A stretch of DNA of 64,000 bases from Nitrososphaerota archaeon (GCA_038845265.1 JAWBQR010000005.1:60558-124557); one strand, 5' to 3'; positions 9,180 to 19,300 are shown, counted from the first letter of the stretch. Translations and numbers: made by a program. Notes: a model not told the origin generated them from the letters alone.

Positions 9180-11060
9180 TTACTTGATGATTCTTGCCTT
9201 TCCGTAGGGTATCAGGGACTTAAACTCCTCTAATTCCTCTCTACTCAACTCTACTCCGATTTTCTCCTTCACGACTACTGCGAATGCCTTGGCGAGCTCC
9301 TCCGCCTTCTTCTCTCCTGGAACAATCGAGACATAGGCCCTAGAAACCGAGGAGACCCATCTCTCATGACCAACAACAATACGTCTAGAGTCTTCGCGTA
9401 GACCAATACATAATCTCAGAGCTACCTGGAAGTATGTTTTTGGAGGCTTAACAATAAATGAGCCACGTGGAAGATATGTACCGGGAGGAGGAGAAAAGCT
9501 CACCTGGTCTGGGCGAATCATGTAGACCGAGATCGATGAGAGCTCCTCCCTCCATGCCCTGCTATAGGCGCCGCAGAAGGTTGCTGCCTCCTCGAGTTCC
9601 TCACTGGTTGCATTATTTCCGTCTTTGAGCAGGACGACGGGAGAGCCCCTCACATCGGCGTGAAAGACCAAGTCATGCGCATCGAGATGCTTCTTTAATA
9701 GCTTAATATTGGTTGAGGCGTCTCTTCCCGCAACCAATAGTCTGCCTCCAGAAGTATAGCTCCATCTATAATTCTCAAACCACTCCCTCTTCTGCAGCGC
9801 CCTCACACTCGGCAACATAGCCACCGTCTCACCCCTAGCTCTCAGAGCCTCGATCTTCCTCGTGATCTCTATTATCTCGGCCTTAATGTTCTCGACTCCC
9901 CTCAATATCATCTTAGCATCGTTGAAGAGCGATGACGCTTGCCTCGAGGCAGGCTCCCTCATCAATAGCTTTATCTGCTCTTCACCAATCTGAATCGTGA
10001 AAGTACCCTCGCCCCAGTCGACGCTCAATACATTGCTGCTCGACAATCCGGCAAGCACTCCCAGCCTCGTCTCCTCAACCAGCCCAAGATTGCTAAAGAT
10101 CAGTTCTGCCTGTCTCTTCTTCTTCTCAGCCTCGCTCTCAAGAGTTGAGATTAGTTTCTTCTTTTCAAGCAGCTCCTTCTCTAGTCTCTCAGCCTCCCTC
10201 GATGCTCCCTCTGAGACTATAGTTGGCCGGGACTCGTAGTATTTCCTGACCGCCTCGTTGAAGGACCCTACCAGCTCGTATCTCAATCCGACCTGCTCGA
10301 GGCTTCTTAGAGAGAACGGCGCAGGAATAACTACTTCACCATCAGTATAGATTCGGGGGCTCGGTCTGGCCAAGTCATTCCTTAGAGACTCCAACGACTC
10401 TAAGACGCGTTCAAGCAAGTCTTCAGAGAGTTCCGAGAGTTTCATCGATGCATCTACACCTGCCCTGCTCAAGGCCTCGTCCGTATATTTAGGCCCAAGG
10501 CCAAGCTCCTTCACAAGCGCAACACCGACCTTCACATTCTTATCGAGACTCCCAAGAATTCTTGCCGCCTCATCCCTATCAAGCACCGTTCTCCTAGCTG
10601 GCGGAGCCACATACTCTCTTCCAGAAAATTCAGTCGGATACGATGCCTTCACTATGCACCTATCATCAGTGAGGACTATGTGGCCTCCTGGAAAAAGCTC
10701 AGCCACAAGACTGAAGATGGGCTCCCTCAGCCCAAGCACCATCTTCACAATCCTCTCGCCGCCAACAGTCTCGACGCTCTTCACAAATAATCCCTTGACG
10801 AGCTCCCTGAGACTCTTCGCGAAAGCATCAAGCTCTCCATGAGCTTCATACACACCCTCTACGAGGAATAGACACTTGTTTGGAACTATCCTGAGGTCTC
10901 TTCTACCCTCCTCAGATGATAGCCGAAACACATAGGAAGAATCAGGCAACCTATAGACATTAGCCACCCTACATCCAAGAAGCTTATCCCTAATCTCATC
11001 GGCAAGTATCGCTATCTCGATGCTGCTCAGCTCGCCGCGAACTCTTCTTAACAAGGACAA
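9180..11060 (-). CDS. rqcH: Ribosome quality-control protein Rqc2/RqcH (NFACT family)
   Basis: NFACT-N (ERIV, LVAELF), HhH (LGLGPKY), coiled coil, NFACT-R (WFENYRW, GRDA, FHAD, YSRAW). Confidence 0.9.
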   Translation of the reverse strand: MSLLRRVRGELSSIEIAILADEIRDKLLGCRVANVYRLPDSSYVFRLSSEEGRRDLRIVPNKCLFLVEGVYEAHGELDAFAKSLRELVKGLFVKSVETVGGERIVKMVLGLREPIFSLVAELFPGGHIVLTDDRCIVKASYPTEFSGREYVAPPARRTVLDRDEAARILGSLDKNVKVGVALVKELGLGPKYTDEALSRAGVDASMKLSELSEDLLERVLESLESLRNDLARPSPRIYTDGEVVIPAPFSLRSLEQVGLRYELVGSFNEAVRKYYESRPTIVSEGASREAERLEKELLEKKKLISTLESEAEKKKRQAELIFSNLGLVEETRLGVLAGLSSSNVLSVDWGEGTFTIQIGEEQIKLLMREPASRQASSLFNDAKMILRGVENIKAEIIEITRKIEALRARGETVAMLPSVRALQKREWFENYRWSYTSGGRLLVAGRDASTNIKLLKKHLDAHDLVFHADVRGSPVVLLKDGNNATSEELEEAATFCGAYSRAWREELSSISVYMIRPDQVSFSPPPGTYLPRGSFIVKPPKTYFQVALRLCIGLREDSRRIVVGHERWVSSVSRAYVSIVPGEKKAEELAKAFAVVVKEKIGVELSREELEEFKSLIPYGKARIIK

Positions 11061-11117
11061 GTCGATCCTCTGACAAAACAGACACTATTCACAATATATA
11101 TCACTCTTGCGGAAAAT

Positions 11118-11831
11118 TTGTTGAGGGGTAGCTCGATGGAGATCTATGTCGGGACCTCCGGCTGGCTCTATGACTGGAACGCCGGAGGCAGCCTAGACTG
11201 GTACGTAAAGCATAGCGGGCTAAACGCCGTCGAGCTTAACATGTCCTTCTACAGGTATCCGACGAGGAGAATGGTGGAGAGCTGGTCAGAGAGGGGGAGA
11301 AGCCTTAGGTGGAGCATAAAGACCAACCGAATAATAACGCATGTCTACCGGCTAAATGAAAAGGCGATAGAGGCCTGGGATAGATTCAGGAAGATGTTCA
11401 GCCCAATGGAGGACCTAATCCATCACTACCTCTTCCAACTTCCACCCAGCCTCGGCCCGAGGTACGCCTCACGAATAGAAAAATTCGCCTCCGTCACCCA
11501 GCTAGGGAGTAGACTAGCCCTCGAGTGGAGGAACCCAGAGTGGTTCAGAGATACATGGATAGAGTGGGCTGAAAAAATTGGTGTGACAGTCGTGAGTATA
11601 GATGCGCCAGACTTACCAAGAATAATCATGAAGAGCGGATCAGTAATATATCTCAGGATGCATGGAAGAAGGGCCTGGTATAGTCATGACTACTCGGACA
11701 GAGAGCTCGCCGAGGTGGCCAGCAGCATCGCTAAGCTATCTCCGAGCCAGGTCTATGTGTACTTCAACAATGACCACGCAATGCTCAAGAATGCCCAGAG
11801 GATGCTGAATATCCTGCTTGATATTAGCTAA
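11118..11831 (+). CDS. DUF72 family protein
   Basis: GTSGW, VELNMSFY, LFQLPPS, YLRMHG, YFNND. Confidence 0.92.
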   Translation: MLRGSSMEIYVGTSGWLYDWNAGGSLDWYVKHSGLNAVELNMSFYRYPTRRMVESWSERGRSLRWSIKTNRIITHVYRLNEKAIEAWDRFRKMFSPMEDLIHHYLFQLPPSLGPRYASRIEKFASVTQLGSRLALEWRNPEWFRDTWIEWAEKIGVTVVSIDAPDLPRIIMKSGSVIYLRMHGRRAWYSHDYSDRELAEVASSIAKLSPSQVYVYFNNDHAMLKNAQRMLNILLDIS

Positions 11832-11932
11832 CCCTTCGAAGACTCCCTCTCGAAGCACTTTCCGCATATCCTCTTCCCCTTCCATAGCCTAAGGTCATCT
11901 ACTTTTCTTCCGCAAAGCTCACACCTAGCCAT
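11828..11932 (-). CDS. 34-aa C4 zinc-finger microprotein
   Basis: MARCELCGRKVDDLRLWKGKRICGKCFERESSKG*; two CxxC motifs; G-rich SD-like GGGAGGGAGG directly upstream. Confidence 0.7.
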   Translation of the reverse strand: MARCELCGRKVDDLRLWKGKRICGKCFERESSKG

Positions 11933-12036
11933 CCTCCCTCCCCCGACTACATACAGAGCCTCATTGGAGATTTAAGCATAATCAATTGGATGCCCAATAT
12001 TTTTAAGAACGCCTAAATAATCATCTGTGATTACCC

Positions 12037-12585
12037 TTGAACATGATTAGGTCTTTCACAGAAGCCGCAAGACGAAACGGTGCACATATACTTCAGACGC
12101 AGGGATACCGGGACACCGTGAAAGCCATAGCTAAGATTGCTGCAGAGAACAACGTCACCAGCATCGCCCTAGCACGTATACCCGAGCCGCTTCTAAGAAT
12201 ATTCAGAAACGAACTAGCAGAGATAAGAATGCTTGTAAATCTCGACGAACACCAGTTGGGAGAAGCCTCCAAGATTGCGGAGAATGTGGAGATGGGAGTC
12301 ACGATGGTCGATGCAGGATTAGCAGAAGTAGGGTCGGTAATCATTATGAATAGCTATTCTGCTAGGTTGGCATCTACGCTTCCAAGAAGACTTGCCGCAA
12401 TCCTGCCAGTCAGGAACATTCTAGCAACTTATGAAGAGTTGGCTGAATATCTCTCGAGGAGATACACCGAGGCCGGCTCCGCTATCTTGATAGCCGGGCC
12501 GAGCGGGACATCAGACATCGAGATGACACATATCAGAGGCGTCCATGGACCGGCTGATGCCTATTTCATCCTAATGGAGGAGTAG
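12037..12585 (+). CDS. lutC: LUD-domain protein, LutC/YkgG-like
   Basis: LAEVGSV, STLP, IAGPSGTSDIE..GVHGP. Confidence 0.85.
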   Translation: MNMIRSFTEAARRNGAHILQTQGYRDTVKAIAKIAAENNVTSIALARIPEPLLRIFRNELAEIRMLVNLDEHQLGEASKIAENVEMGVTMVDAGLAEVGSVIIMNSYSARLASTLPRRLAAILPVRNILATYEELAEYLSRRYTEAGSAILIAGPSGTSDIEMTHIRGVHGPADAYFILMEE

Positions 12586-12589
12586 AGAT

Positions 12590-14668
12590 ATGAGTAGCCT
12601 AAGAGAACTCGTTGCTGAGGCTATAAAGAATAAAAATCGAATAAACACGCTCTGGAGCTCTCTTCAATTGATGCTTGAGTCTAGACAAGTCGTTATGTCT
12701 GAGCTTGGTCCTGATGCTCTTCCTCAACTAATGGAGACAAGGAAATACACCGCAGAAAATATTGAAGCACTGGTAGAGAAGCTTGTTGAGAGCGTCAAGA
12801 AGGCCGGGGGAAATGTCTACATAGCGAGAACCGCCGAGGAGGCAAGTAACTACATCGCTGGCCTAGCAAGGAGCAGAGGAGTAAAACTAGTCGTCAAGTC
12901 GAAATCCATGACAACTGAGGAGATTATGCTTAACAAGGTTCTTGAAGAGACGGGGGTAGAGGTTGTCGAGACGGACCTCGGGGAATGGATAGTACAGCTC
13001 GCCGGCCATAGGCCCTCACATATCATTGCGCCCGCAGTACATCTTAGCAGGGCCGAGATCGCAGAGATACTCTCAAGCAGGCTTGGAATAAGAGTAGACC
13101 CGGACCCGACAGCTATAACCCGAACTGCTCAGAGGGTACTGAGAGAAAAGTTCCTATCAGCAGACATGGGAATAACGGGCGCAAATATCTTGGTAGCCGA
13201 GACGGGAGCGGCAATGATAGTGACAAACGAGGGGAACGGCAGATTCGTGACCACTTTCCCAAAGATACTGGTTACGGTTGCAGGCGTCGAGAAGATCGTG
13301 AGGGATTGGAGAGACGCCATCAATATTCTCAGAGTCCTGGCAAGGAGCGCCACTGGAAAACAGACCTCAATATACGTCTCCATCTTCGGTCCAAGGAGGA
13401 CCAGCATCAGGGGAGGAGAAGACTCAGAGTATCATCTCGTATTGCTAGATAATGGTAGGATAAGTGCAGAGAAATCACCTTGGCTCTCAGAGACTCTTAG
13501 ATGTATTAGATGCTCCGCATGTTTCAATGTATGCCCCACGTATAGAATCGTCGGTGGACATGTCTTCGGAGACATTTATACTGGCCCGATAGGAGTTCTC
13601 TGGACAGCCGTCACGCGTGGATTAGAGAGAGCCGCAGAGATCTCTCCACTATGCGTCTCATGCGGTCTCTGCAAAGAGACTTGCCCCGTCAGCATCGATA
13701 TACCCATGACGATTTCATGGATAAAGAATGAAAAGGGAAATAAGACAAGAACCGACTGGGGATTATCAATGTATGAATTATACACCAAGGCTGGGTCAAG
13801 GATGTCTGGACTCTTCAACTGGATTGGAAAATCCAAAATAGCGAGAAAACTCATGGAGATGATAGTCGGCATCGACTCGAGGAGACCGCTTCCTGAATTC
13901 ATAGGAGGCTCATTCTTTGAGCACATCCCAACAAATGGGGTGAAGGACGGCAATCTTAAAGTCGCCTACTTCGTAGATACTTATGCAGCATACATTGACT
14001 GGAGGTTGGCGGAAAAAGCCGTAAAGATTCTTAGTTATCTCGGCGTAGAAGTAGTCGTCCCACCTCAGGAGGGCTCGGGCATGCCCCTCATCCAGTATGG
14101 ATTCCAAGAGAAGGCCAAGAGAATTGCGGAGAGGAATATCTCGAGTCTCTATCCATATGTAGAGGATGGCTACAAGATAATATGCACAGAGCCTAGTGCG
14201 GCATATTGCATTAAAGCGGCCTATCCTAAACTTCTTGGAACTCAAGAGGCCGAGGCAGTCGCAAAGAACACCTATGACTACATAGACTACATCGTCAGGA
14301 CAGGGCTCTACAAGAAACTCAAGCCAGGGACTACAGATGGCTCCGCTGTCTTTTATCACTACCCATGCCACGGAAGAACAGCAGCTCCAGGCGCACCCAC
14401 AGTAAAACTCCTCGAGAACCTCGGCTACAGAGTCTATACAAGGGACTATGGTTGCTGCGGCATGGCAGGCACATGGGGAATGAGAAAAGGACCAATCGGA
14501 TACGACATGAGCATAGAAATAGGGAGAAGAGTCGTAGAGATGATCCAATCGACAGGCGCCAAGACAATAGTCACGGAGAGCAGCGTATGTCCAATACAGT
14601 TCAGACAACTAACAAGCCTCGAGATAAAACACCCAGTCCAAATTATAGCTGAAAAACTAAAACTCTAA
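12590..14668 (+). CDS. Lactate-utilisation LutB-type LUD/4Fe-4S protein fused to cysteine-rich (CCG, LutA/GlpC-like) domains
   Basis: KSKSM, ETDLGEWIVQL, PSHIIAPAVH, CIRCSACFNVCP, CVSCGLCKETCP, HYPCH, CCGMAG. Confidence 0.88.
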   Translation: MSSLRELVAEAIKNKNRINTLWSSLQLMLESRQVVMSELGPDALPQLMETRKYTAENIEALVEKLVESVKKAGGNVYIARTAEEASNYIAGLARSRGVKLVVKSKSMTTEEIMLNKVLEETGVEVVETDLGEWIVQLAGHRPSHIIAPAVHLSRAEIAEILSSRLGIRVDPDPTAITRTAQRVLREKFLSADMGITGANILVAETGAAMIVTNEGNGRFVTTFPKILVTVAGVEKIVRDWRDAINILRVLARSATGKQTSIYVSIFGPRRTSIRGGEDSEYHLVLLDNGRISAEKSPWLSETLRCIRCSACFNVCPTYRIVGGHVFGDIYTGPIGVLWTAVTRGLERAAEISPLCVSCGLCKETCPVSIDIPMTISWIKNEKGNKTRTDWGLSMYELYTKAGSRMSGLFNWIGKSKIARKLMEMIVGIDSRRPLPEFIGGSFFEHIPTNGVKDGNLKVAYFVDTYAAYIDWRLAEKAVKILSYLGVEVVVPPQEGSGMPLIQYGFQEKAKRIAERNISSLYPYVEDGYKIICTEPSAAYCIKAAYPKLLGTQEAEAVAKNTYDYIDYIVRTGLYKKLKPGTTDGSAVFYHYPCHGRTAAPGAPTVKLLENLGYRVYTRDYGCCGMAGTWGMRKGPIGYDMSIEIGRRVVEMIQSTGAKTIVTESSVCPIQFRQLTSLEIKHPVQIIAEKLKL

Positions 14669-14683
14669 CATATAATACAGATT

Positions 14684-15556
14684 CTATATTATTTGTGTTA
14701 GTGGGTCGACTATTCTTAGTCTGGTTATGTGTCTCTGGAGCGTGACAGCGATGATTATTGCAGGAATAGTGGCCAATAGGTTTGCGACTGCGAAGATCGA
14801 TAATCCAATATTCATTGTGAACATTGTTGCTAGTACTGTTGGTAGTGTTTGTGCTTTTGATCCTGTTGTTAGTATCCATGCCATTATGAATTCGTTCCAT
14901 GATGTTAGGAATGCTATTATTGCGCAGGTTGCTATTCCTGACGATGCCACTGGCAGCACTATCTTTATGAATGCTCCCATTCTTGAGAATCCATCTATCC
15001 TTGCCTGTTTCTCCAGCTCTCTCGGAAGCGTCGCGAAGAAGCCCATCAGTATCCAGGTGATTAGTGGAATGATTAGGCTGAGATGAGCGATTATCAATCC
15101 GAGATGAGTACCTAGCAGTCCTAAACTCTTGAAAAGGATGAAGTATGGGATAACTATTGAGATAGGTGGCAGCGTCCTAGTACCAAGTATAAGCATCAGC
15201 AATGCGTTACGTTTTGGGACATTATATCTCCCTAAAACATATCCAGCTGGGACACTTACGCCCATAGCTATCAGAGTTACTATAGAGGCAATGATTGCAG
15301 AGTTTGTTAACCCCTCGACTACTGGGTAGCCAGCCGGTCTCAGCATCTCTCCAGTTATTCCCGGAGCAGGAAATCCAAGCACCCTCAATATGTTTGAGAA
15401 TGTCGGATTTGTAGGTATGATCTGCGGCGGCCTAGAGACAACATCCGTCTCCCACATAAATGCTGCTACGAGTATATAGTATAGAGGAAGCAAGCTCCAG
15501 AGAACAAGCATAACCGCAATAATGATTAAGCAAGCTTTTCTCTTCAACTTCACCAA
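14684..15556 (-). CDS. Carbohydrate ABC transporter permease (MalG-like)
   Basis: EAA-loop LPRELEKQARIDG, SWNEF, six TM segments. Confidence 0.9.
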   Translation of the reverse strand: MVKLKRKACLIIIAVMLVLWSLLPLYYILVAAFMWETDVVSRPPQIIPTNPTFSNILRVLGFPAPGITGEMLRPAGYPVVEGLTNSAIIASIVTLIAMGVSVPAGYVLGRYNVPKRNALLMLILGTRTLPPISIVIPYFILFKSLGLLGTHLGLIIAHLSLIIPLITWILMGFFATLPRELEKQARIDGFSRMGAFIKIVLPVASSGIATCAIIAFLTSWNEFIMAWILTTGSKAQTLPTVLATMFTMNIGLSIFAVANLLATIPAIIIAVTLQRHITRLRIVDPLTQII

Positions 15557-15687
15557 ATTTTTTCAAATCGTCTTATTTAAGACTTTTTTGTTTTTAGCTA
15601 ATTTTTGAGATCAAGGGGAAACACTGCTAAGGCTTAGAGATTTTTATGAAAAATATAAGTATAGCATTTTAAGACTGATATTCGGCA

Positions 15688-16257
15688 ATGGTGGAGACTG
15701 TTCTTCCCTATGATGGTAGAGAGTATTATGAGCTCAATATTGCTGGTCTCAAGAGAAACTTACCATTACTCAAGGTTAGTGATGACACATGGATTGCATA
15801 TTTTGATAGTTTAGGTGATAAGGAATTCATCTCACACTGCGCGAAGATACTTGCTGAGAGACTGGTGGGGAGTGAAGTTCTCATGACTTCTGAGAGCAAA
15901 GGCATCCCGCTTGTACACGAGATTGCAGGCCTCCTAAACCACCGCTACTACATCGTTGCAAGAAAAGAGGTGAAACCCTTCATGAGTAATCCGCTCGTCG
16001 TTGAGTGCAAGCCAATCACGAGCAAAACCACGGTGAGGTTAAGCATCGATGGACGATACATCCCGAGGCTTAAGGATAAGAAAGTATCAATCGTCGACGA
16101 CATCGTCAGCACAAGAGAAACAATGAGCGCACTCGAAGAATTAGCAAAGAAAGCCGGCGCAGTAATATACAAGAAGGTTGCAATTCTGGTAGAGGGCGCC
16201 ACATATAATGATGTCGAATACTTAGGGATTCTCCCAATATTTAAGAAGACTACTTAG
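15688..16257 (+). CDS. Type I phosphoribosyltransferase (adenine PRTase-like)
   Basis: ESKGIP, VARK, PRPP loop IVDDIVSTRET. Confidence 0.85.
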   Translation: MVETVLPYDGREYYELNIAGLKRNLPLLKVSDDTWIAYFDSLGDKEFISHCAKILAERLVGSEVLMTSESKGIPLVHEIAGLLNHRYYIVARKEVKPFMSNPLVVECKPITSKTTVRLSIDGRYIPRLKDKKVSIVDDIVSTRETMSALEELAKKAGAVIYKKVAILVEGATYNDVEYLGILPIFKKTT

Positions 16258-16368
16258 CGTATAGAGTAAAAAATATAATTCTAGTATCCTCTACATACTC
16301 TTGTTATAATATTGAGGGATATTTTATAGTAGTGTTTAATCTGTTTTAGTGGCCAATCGTTAAAAGAG

Positions 16369-17586
16369 GTGAGTCAGGTTTGCTGGATGCAGATGCAGAA
16401 AGTATTGTTGGTTTCAAGCTGGACGCTGGAGGATTCGTGGAAGTTTGCAGGCAACAATTGGGGGATTGGGCTCCATAGGCTCTGCTCGAGGACAGGGTCG
16501 TTCCCCCCCTCGTTGGCATACTACTTTGTAGAGAAGTATTCAAGCCCCGGTGAAGTCGTCTTTGACCCTTTCTCGGGAAAAGGCACGGCTCCACTAGAGG
16601 CCTGCAGGTCGGGCAGGATTGGAATAGGAAATGACCTCGCCCCTGAGGCTTACGTAATTACTCATGCAAAGGTCAGGCCTGTACCGACTACAGAAGTGGT
16701 TAAGTGGGCAAAGAAGAACAGATACTTTGTTGAAAACTACAGAAAGAATGACGCGCCAGAAGAGGTAGAGATATTCTTCAGCAAGTATACGCTTAGGCAG
16801 CTTCTCGCTGTAAGGGAGCTGTTAATGGATGATGACTCTGATCTCGGATTATTCGTCAAGGCTGTCTTGCTCGGAATTCTTCACGGCTCAAGTACTCTCA
16901 GCCTCTCTGTAAAGTGTTCTCACTCGTTCTCGATGGCTCCTAGTTATGTTGAGAGGTCTATTCATAGGCTTGGGTTAAAGAAGCCGAGGCGAAACGTTCT
17001 TGACTGCATTGTAAGGAGGGCGCTGACACTGATGGATGGATATGCTCCCCCAATTAGAGGCGCCGCATTCATGCGAGATGCTAGGCAAACTGGCCTTAGA
17101 GAGGAGTCTGTAGACCTGATCATCACTTCACCTCCTTACTTCAACATGCAGACCTATGCGTGGGATAACTGGCTGAGACTATGGTTTCTTGGATATGACT
17201 ATAAAGAGATAGCTAAGAGGCTCTTCCACACGGGCTCAATTGAGAGATTCAGAGAATTCATCCGCGAAGCGTTAAGGGAGATGTACAGGGTTCTGAAATG
17301 GGATAAGCCATGCTTCATGGTGCTCGGAATAGTTAGGCTAAGAGGAGAGAGGATAAATATGGCTGATATCGTCGCGCCCATTGCGGAGGAGGTTGGCTTC
17401 ACACCTGTCAGAATAATCATGGACAACATCCCGCGTGAGAACAAGTACTTGATGTATTTGAGGGAAGACCAGGGCGTCAGTAGGGAGGTGATCCTTGAGC
17501 TTCATAAGGGAGAAGCCGTGGAGAGAGATGTCTCGATAGATTGGGGGCGCGGAGTGGCTCTTGAAAAGAGGGTGGTAATTGCTTGA
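16369..17586 (+). CDS. DNA amino-methyltransferase (N4-C/N6-A type; motif I before motif IV)
   Basis: DPFSGKGT (motif I) near the N-terminus; DLIITSPPY (motif IV) after a long insert. Confidence 0.85.
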   Translation: MSQVCWMQMQKVLLVSSWTLEDSWKFAGNNWGIGLHRLCSRTGSFPPSLAYYFVEKYSSPGEVVFDPFSGKGTAPLEACRSGRIGIGNDLAPEAYVITHAKVRPVPTTEVVKWAKKNRYFVENYRKNDAPEEVEIFFSKYTLRQLLAVRELLMDDDSDLGLFVKAVLLGILHGSSTLSLSVKCSHSFSMAPSYVERSIHRLGLKKPRRNVLDCIVRRALTLMDGYAPPIRGAAFMRDARQTGLREESVDLIITSPPYFNMQTYAWDNWLRLWFLGYDYKEIAKRLFHTGSIERFREFIREALREMYRVLKWDKPCFMVLGIVRLRGERINMADIVAPIAEEVGFTPVRIIMDNIPRENKYLMYLREDQGVSREVILELHKGEAVERDVSIDWGRGVALEKRVVIA

Positions 17587-18716
17587 TGCTGGAGACTCAT
17601 GGCGAGGTATGCAGGCTAGGATACCTCAGACTGATAGCGTCTATCGCTAAGAGTAATGGAACATCTACAGAGATCAGCTCTGACTTCATTGCCTCGATAC
17701 TCGAGGACGCAGTCAAGAAGTCCGAGAGTATTGCAAACCACTCGCCCAGGCCCAATGTTATCGGCCTAATCAAGAGTAGAGTGACTGCTCGTAACTATGT
17801 CACGCTTGCGAGGGGACTGAAGATTCTTGATCCTTATGGAAGGGGGCTCGACATTAATGGCCTTATCTATACATCTCTTAGGAGTGCCTCTAAGTTTGAT
17901 GCCTTTCTGCGTGGCGAGACTGTGCTATCACATAGAGACTTGATAACTCTTAACCAGGTTGAGAAGTTCTTCTTCCTATACGTGGTCACTGTTCATGATT
18001 ACTTGATAATGCCCGGATTGATCAGGTGGCTGTGTAATCAGTCAAGCCTGACTAGGATGGAGGGAATGAACTACTTAATGGAGGAGCTCTATCCACAGGC
18101 ACTGAAGGCCCTTTCCATGGCGGCGAGTAAGAAGAGAAGAGCCGAGCTCATGGCTAAGCTTGATGAAGCGATGAGCTATAGAGAGAAGAGACTAAAATAC
18201 TCGTCCAAGACTGAGTGGATCAGGAGCAGCCTATACGCAAAGTATAGACATATCGCGCCTCCTAGACTGGAGTGGCTGGTAGACTTGGACTTGCTTGAGA
18301 GACAGGGTAGAGGCAGGTACGAAGTCTCGGAGCTTCTTAAAAACTATAGAGAGATAATAACCAGAGCTCTGAGCCACTCTCCTATGAATCTTGTCCATCA
18401 GCTCTTCACCAACATTGCGCCACTTTATGCCTCTTACGCGGGTAAGCCGTCTAGGCAGATTGTAATCACTGAGCTGCTTAATAGCTACCATGTACTCTCT
18501 AATCAAGAGCGTAGGCCCGTGAAGTTGCAACTTCTCGAGGTTGTCACGAGTTTTAGACTTCTTGAGAATAATTACTTGTCAACGCCAAGGGCTGTTCATG
18601 AGGCGATAAATAGTCTCGCAGTCGTTTATCCCGACAAGATATTTATCTCTCCTGGCATGGATGAAGAATTATACGTTACACGAATAGATATTAGTCAGAA
18701 GGAGCTCAATATGTAG
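17586..18716 (+). CDS. Hypothetical protein, possibly with winged-helix segments, coupled to the methyltransferase
   Basis: Long ORF whose ATG overlaps the MTase stop (TGATG); segments NYVTLARGLKIL and PRLEWLVDLDLLERQGRGRYEV look like wHTH ends. Confidence 0.75.
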   Translation: MLETHGEVCRLGYLRLIASIAKSNGTSTEISSDFIASILEDAVKKSESIANHSPRPNVIGLIKSRVTARNYVTLARGLKILDPYGRGLDINGLIYTSLRSASKFDAFLRGETVLSHRDLITLNQVEKFFFLYVVTVHDYLIMPGLIRWLCNQSSLTRMEGMNYLMEELYPQALKALSMAASKKRRAELMAKLDEAMSYREKRLKYSSKTEWIRSSLYAKYRHIAPPRLEWLVDLDLLERQGRGRYEVSELLKNYREIITRALSHSPMNLVHQLFTNIAPLYASYAGKPSRQIVITELLNSYHVLSNQERRPVKLQLLEVVTSFRLLENNYLSTPRAVHEAINSLAVVYPDKIFISPGMDEELYVTRIDISQKELNM

Positions 18717-18727
18717 TCCAATTTGTA

Positions 18728-19300
18728 TTATGGCATTTTTATGGAGACGTACCAGTAGAGAAATTCTTTCAGGGCCTTTGACCTATGTGAGATCGCGTTT
18801 TTCTCCTCGAGAGACATTTCTGCGAATGTCCTTCCATCTCCTTCTAGTGGAATAAATATTGGGTCGAAGCCGAAGCCCCCAGTTCCCCTAGGCTCTATAG
18901 CTATCACTCCGTTACACCTTCCCTTGAAGATTTTTAGTTCATGTGTTTTAGAGACATAGCATATTGTCGAGAGGAAGTACGCAGCTCTCTCGTCTACTCC
19001 ACTCAGAAGTTTTAGTAAGCCATTGCATCCTAGCTTGGAGTATACGTATGAGGAGTATGGTCCTGGAAAGCCCTTGAGACTCTCTATGAATAGCCCAGCA
19101 TCCTCGATCAGAAGTTCTCCCTCATAGAGCCTAGCCGCTTCGATTGCTGATGCCTTCACAATCTCTTCGAGATCTTCTGACTGTATCTCGGTTAGTTTGG
19201 CTTTTATCCATTCAGGTTCTAGGCCATTGGTGTAAAGCAGTTCTTGGAATTCTCTCCATTTTCCCGGATTGCTTGTCACTACGCGTATTCTAGGCCTCAT
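18728..19300 (-). CDS. rdgB: Non-canonical purine NTP pyrophosphatase (HAM1/RdgB)
   Basis: TSNPGK, EDAGL, FPGPYS, GFGFDPIF, KNAISHR. Confidence 0.95.
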   Translation of the reverse strand: MRPRIRVVTSNPGKWREFQELLYTNGLEPEWIKAKLTEIQSEDLEEIVKASAIEAARLYEGELLIEDAGLFIESLKGFPGPYSSYVYSKLGCNGLLKLLSGVDERAAYFLSTICYVSKTHELKIFKGRCNGVIAIEPRGTGGFGFDPIFIPLEGDGRTFAEMSLEEKNAISHRSKALKEFLYWYVSIKMP

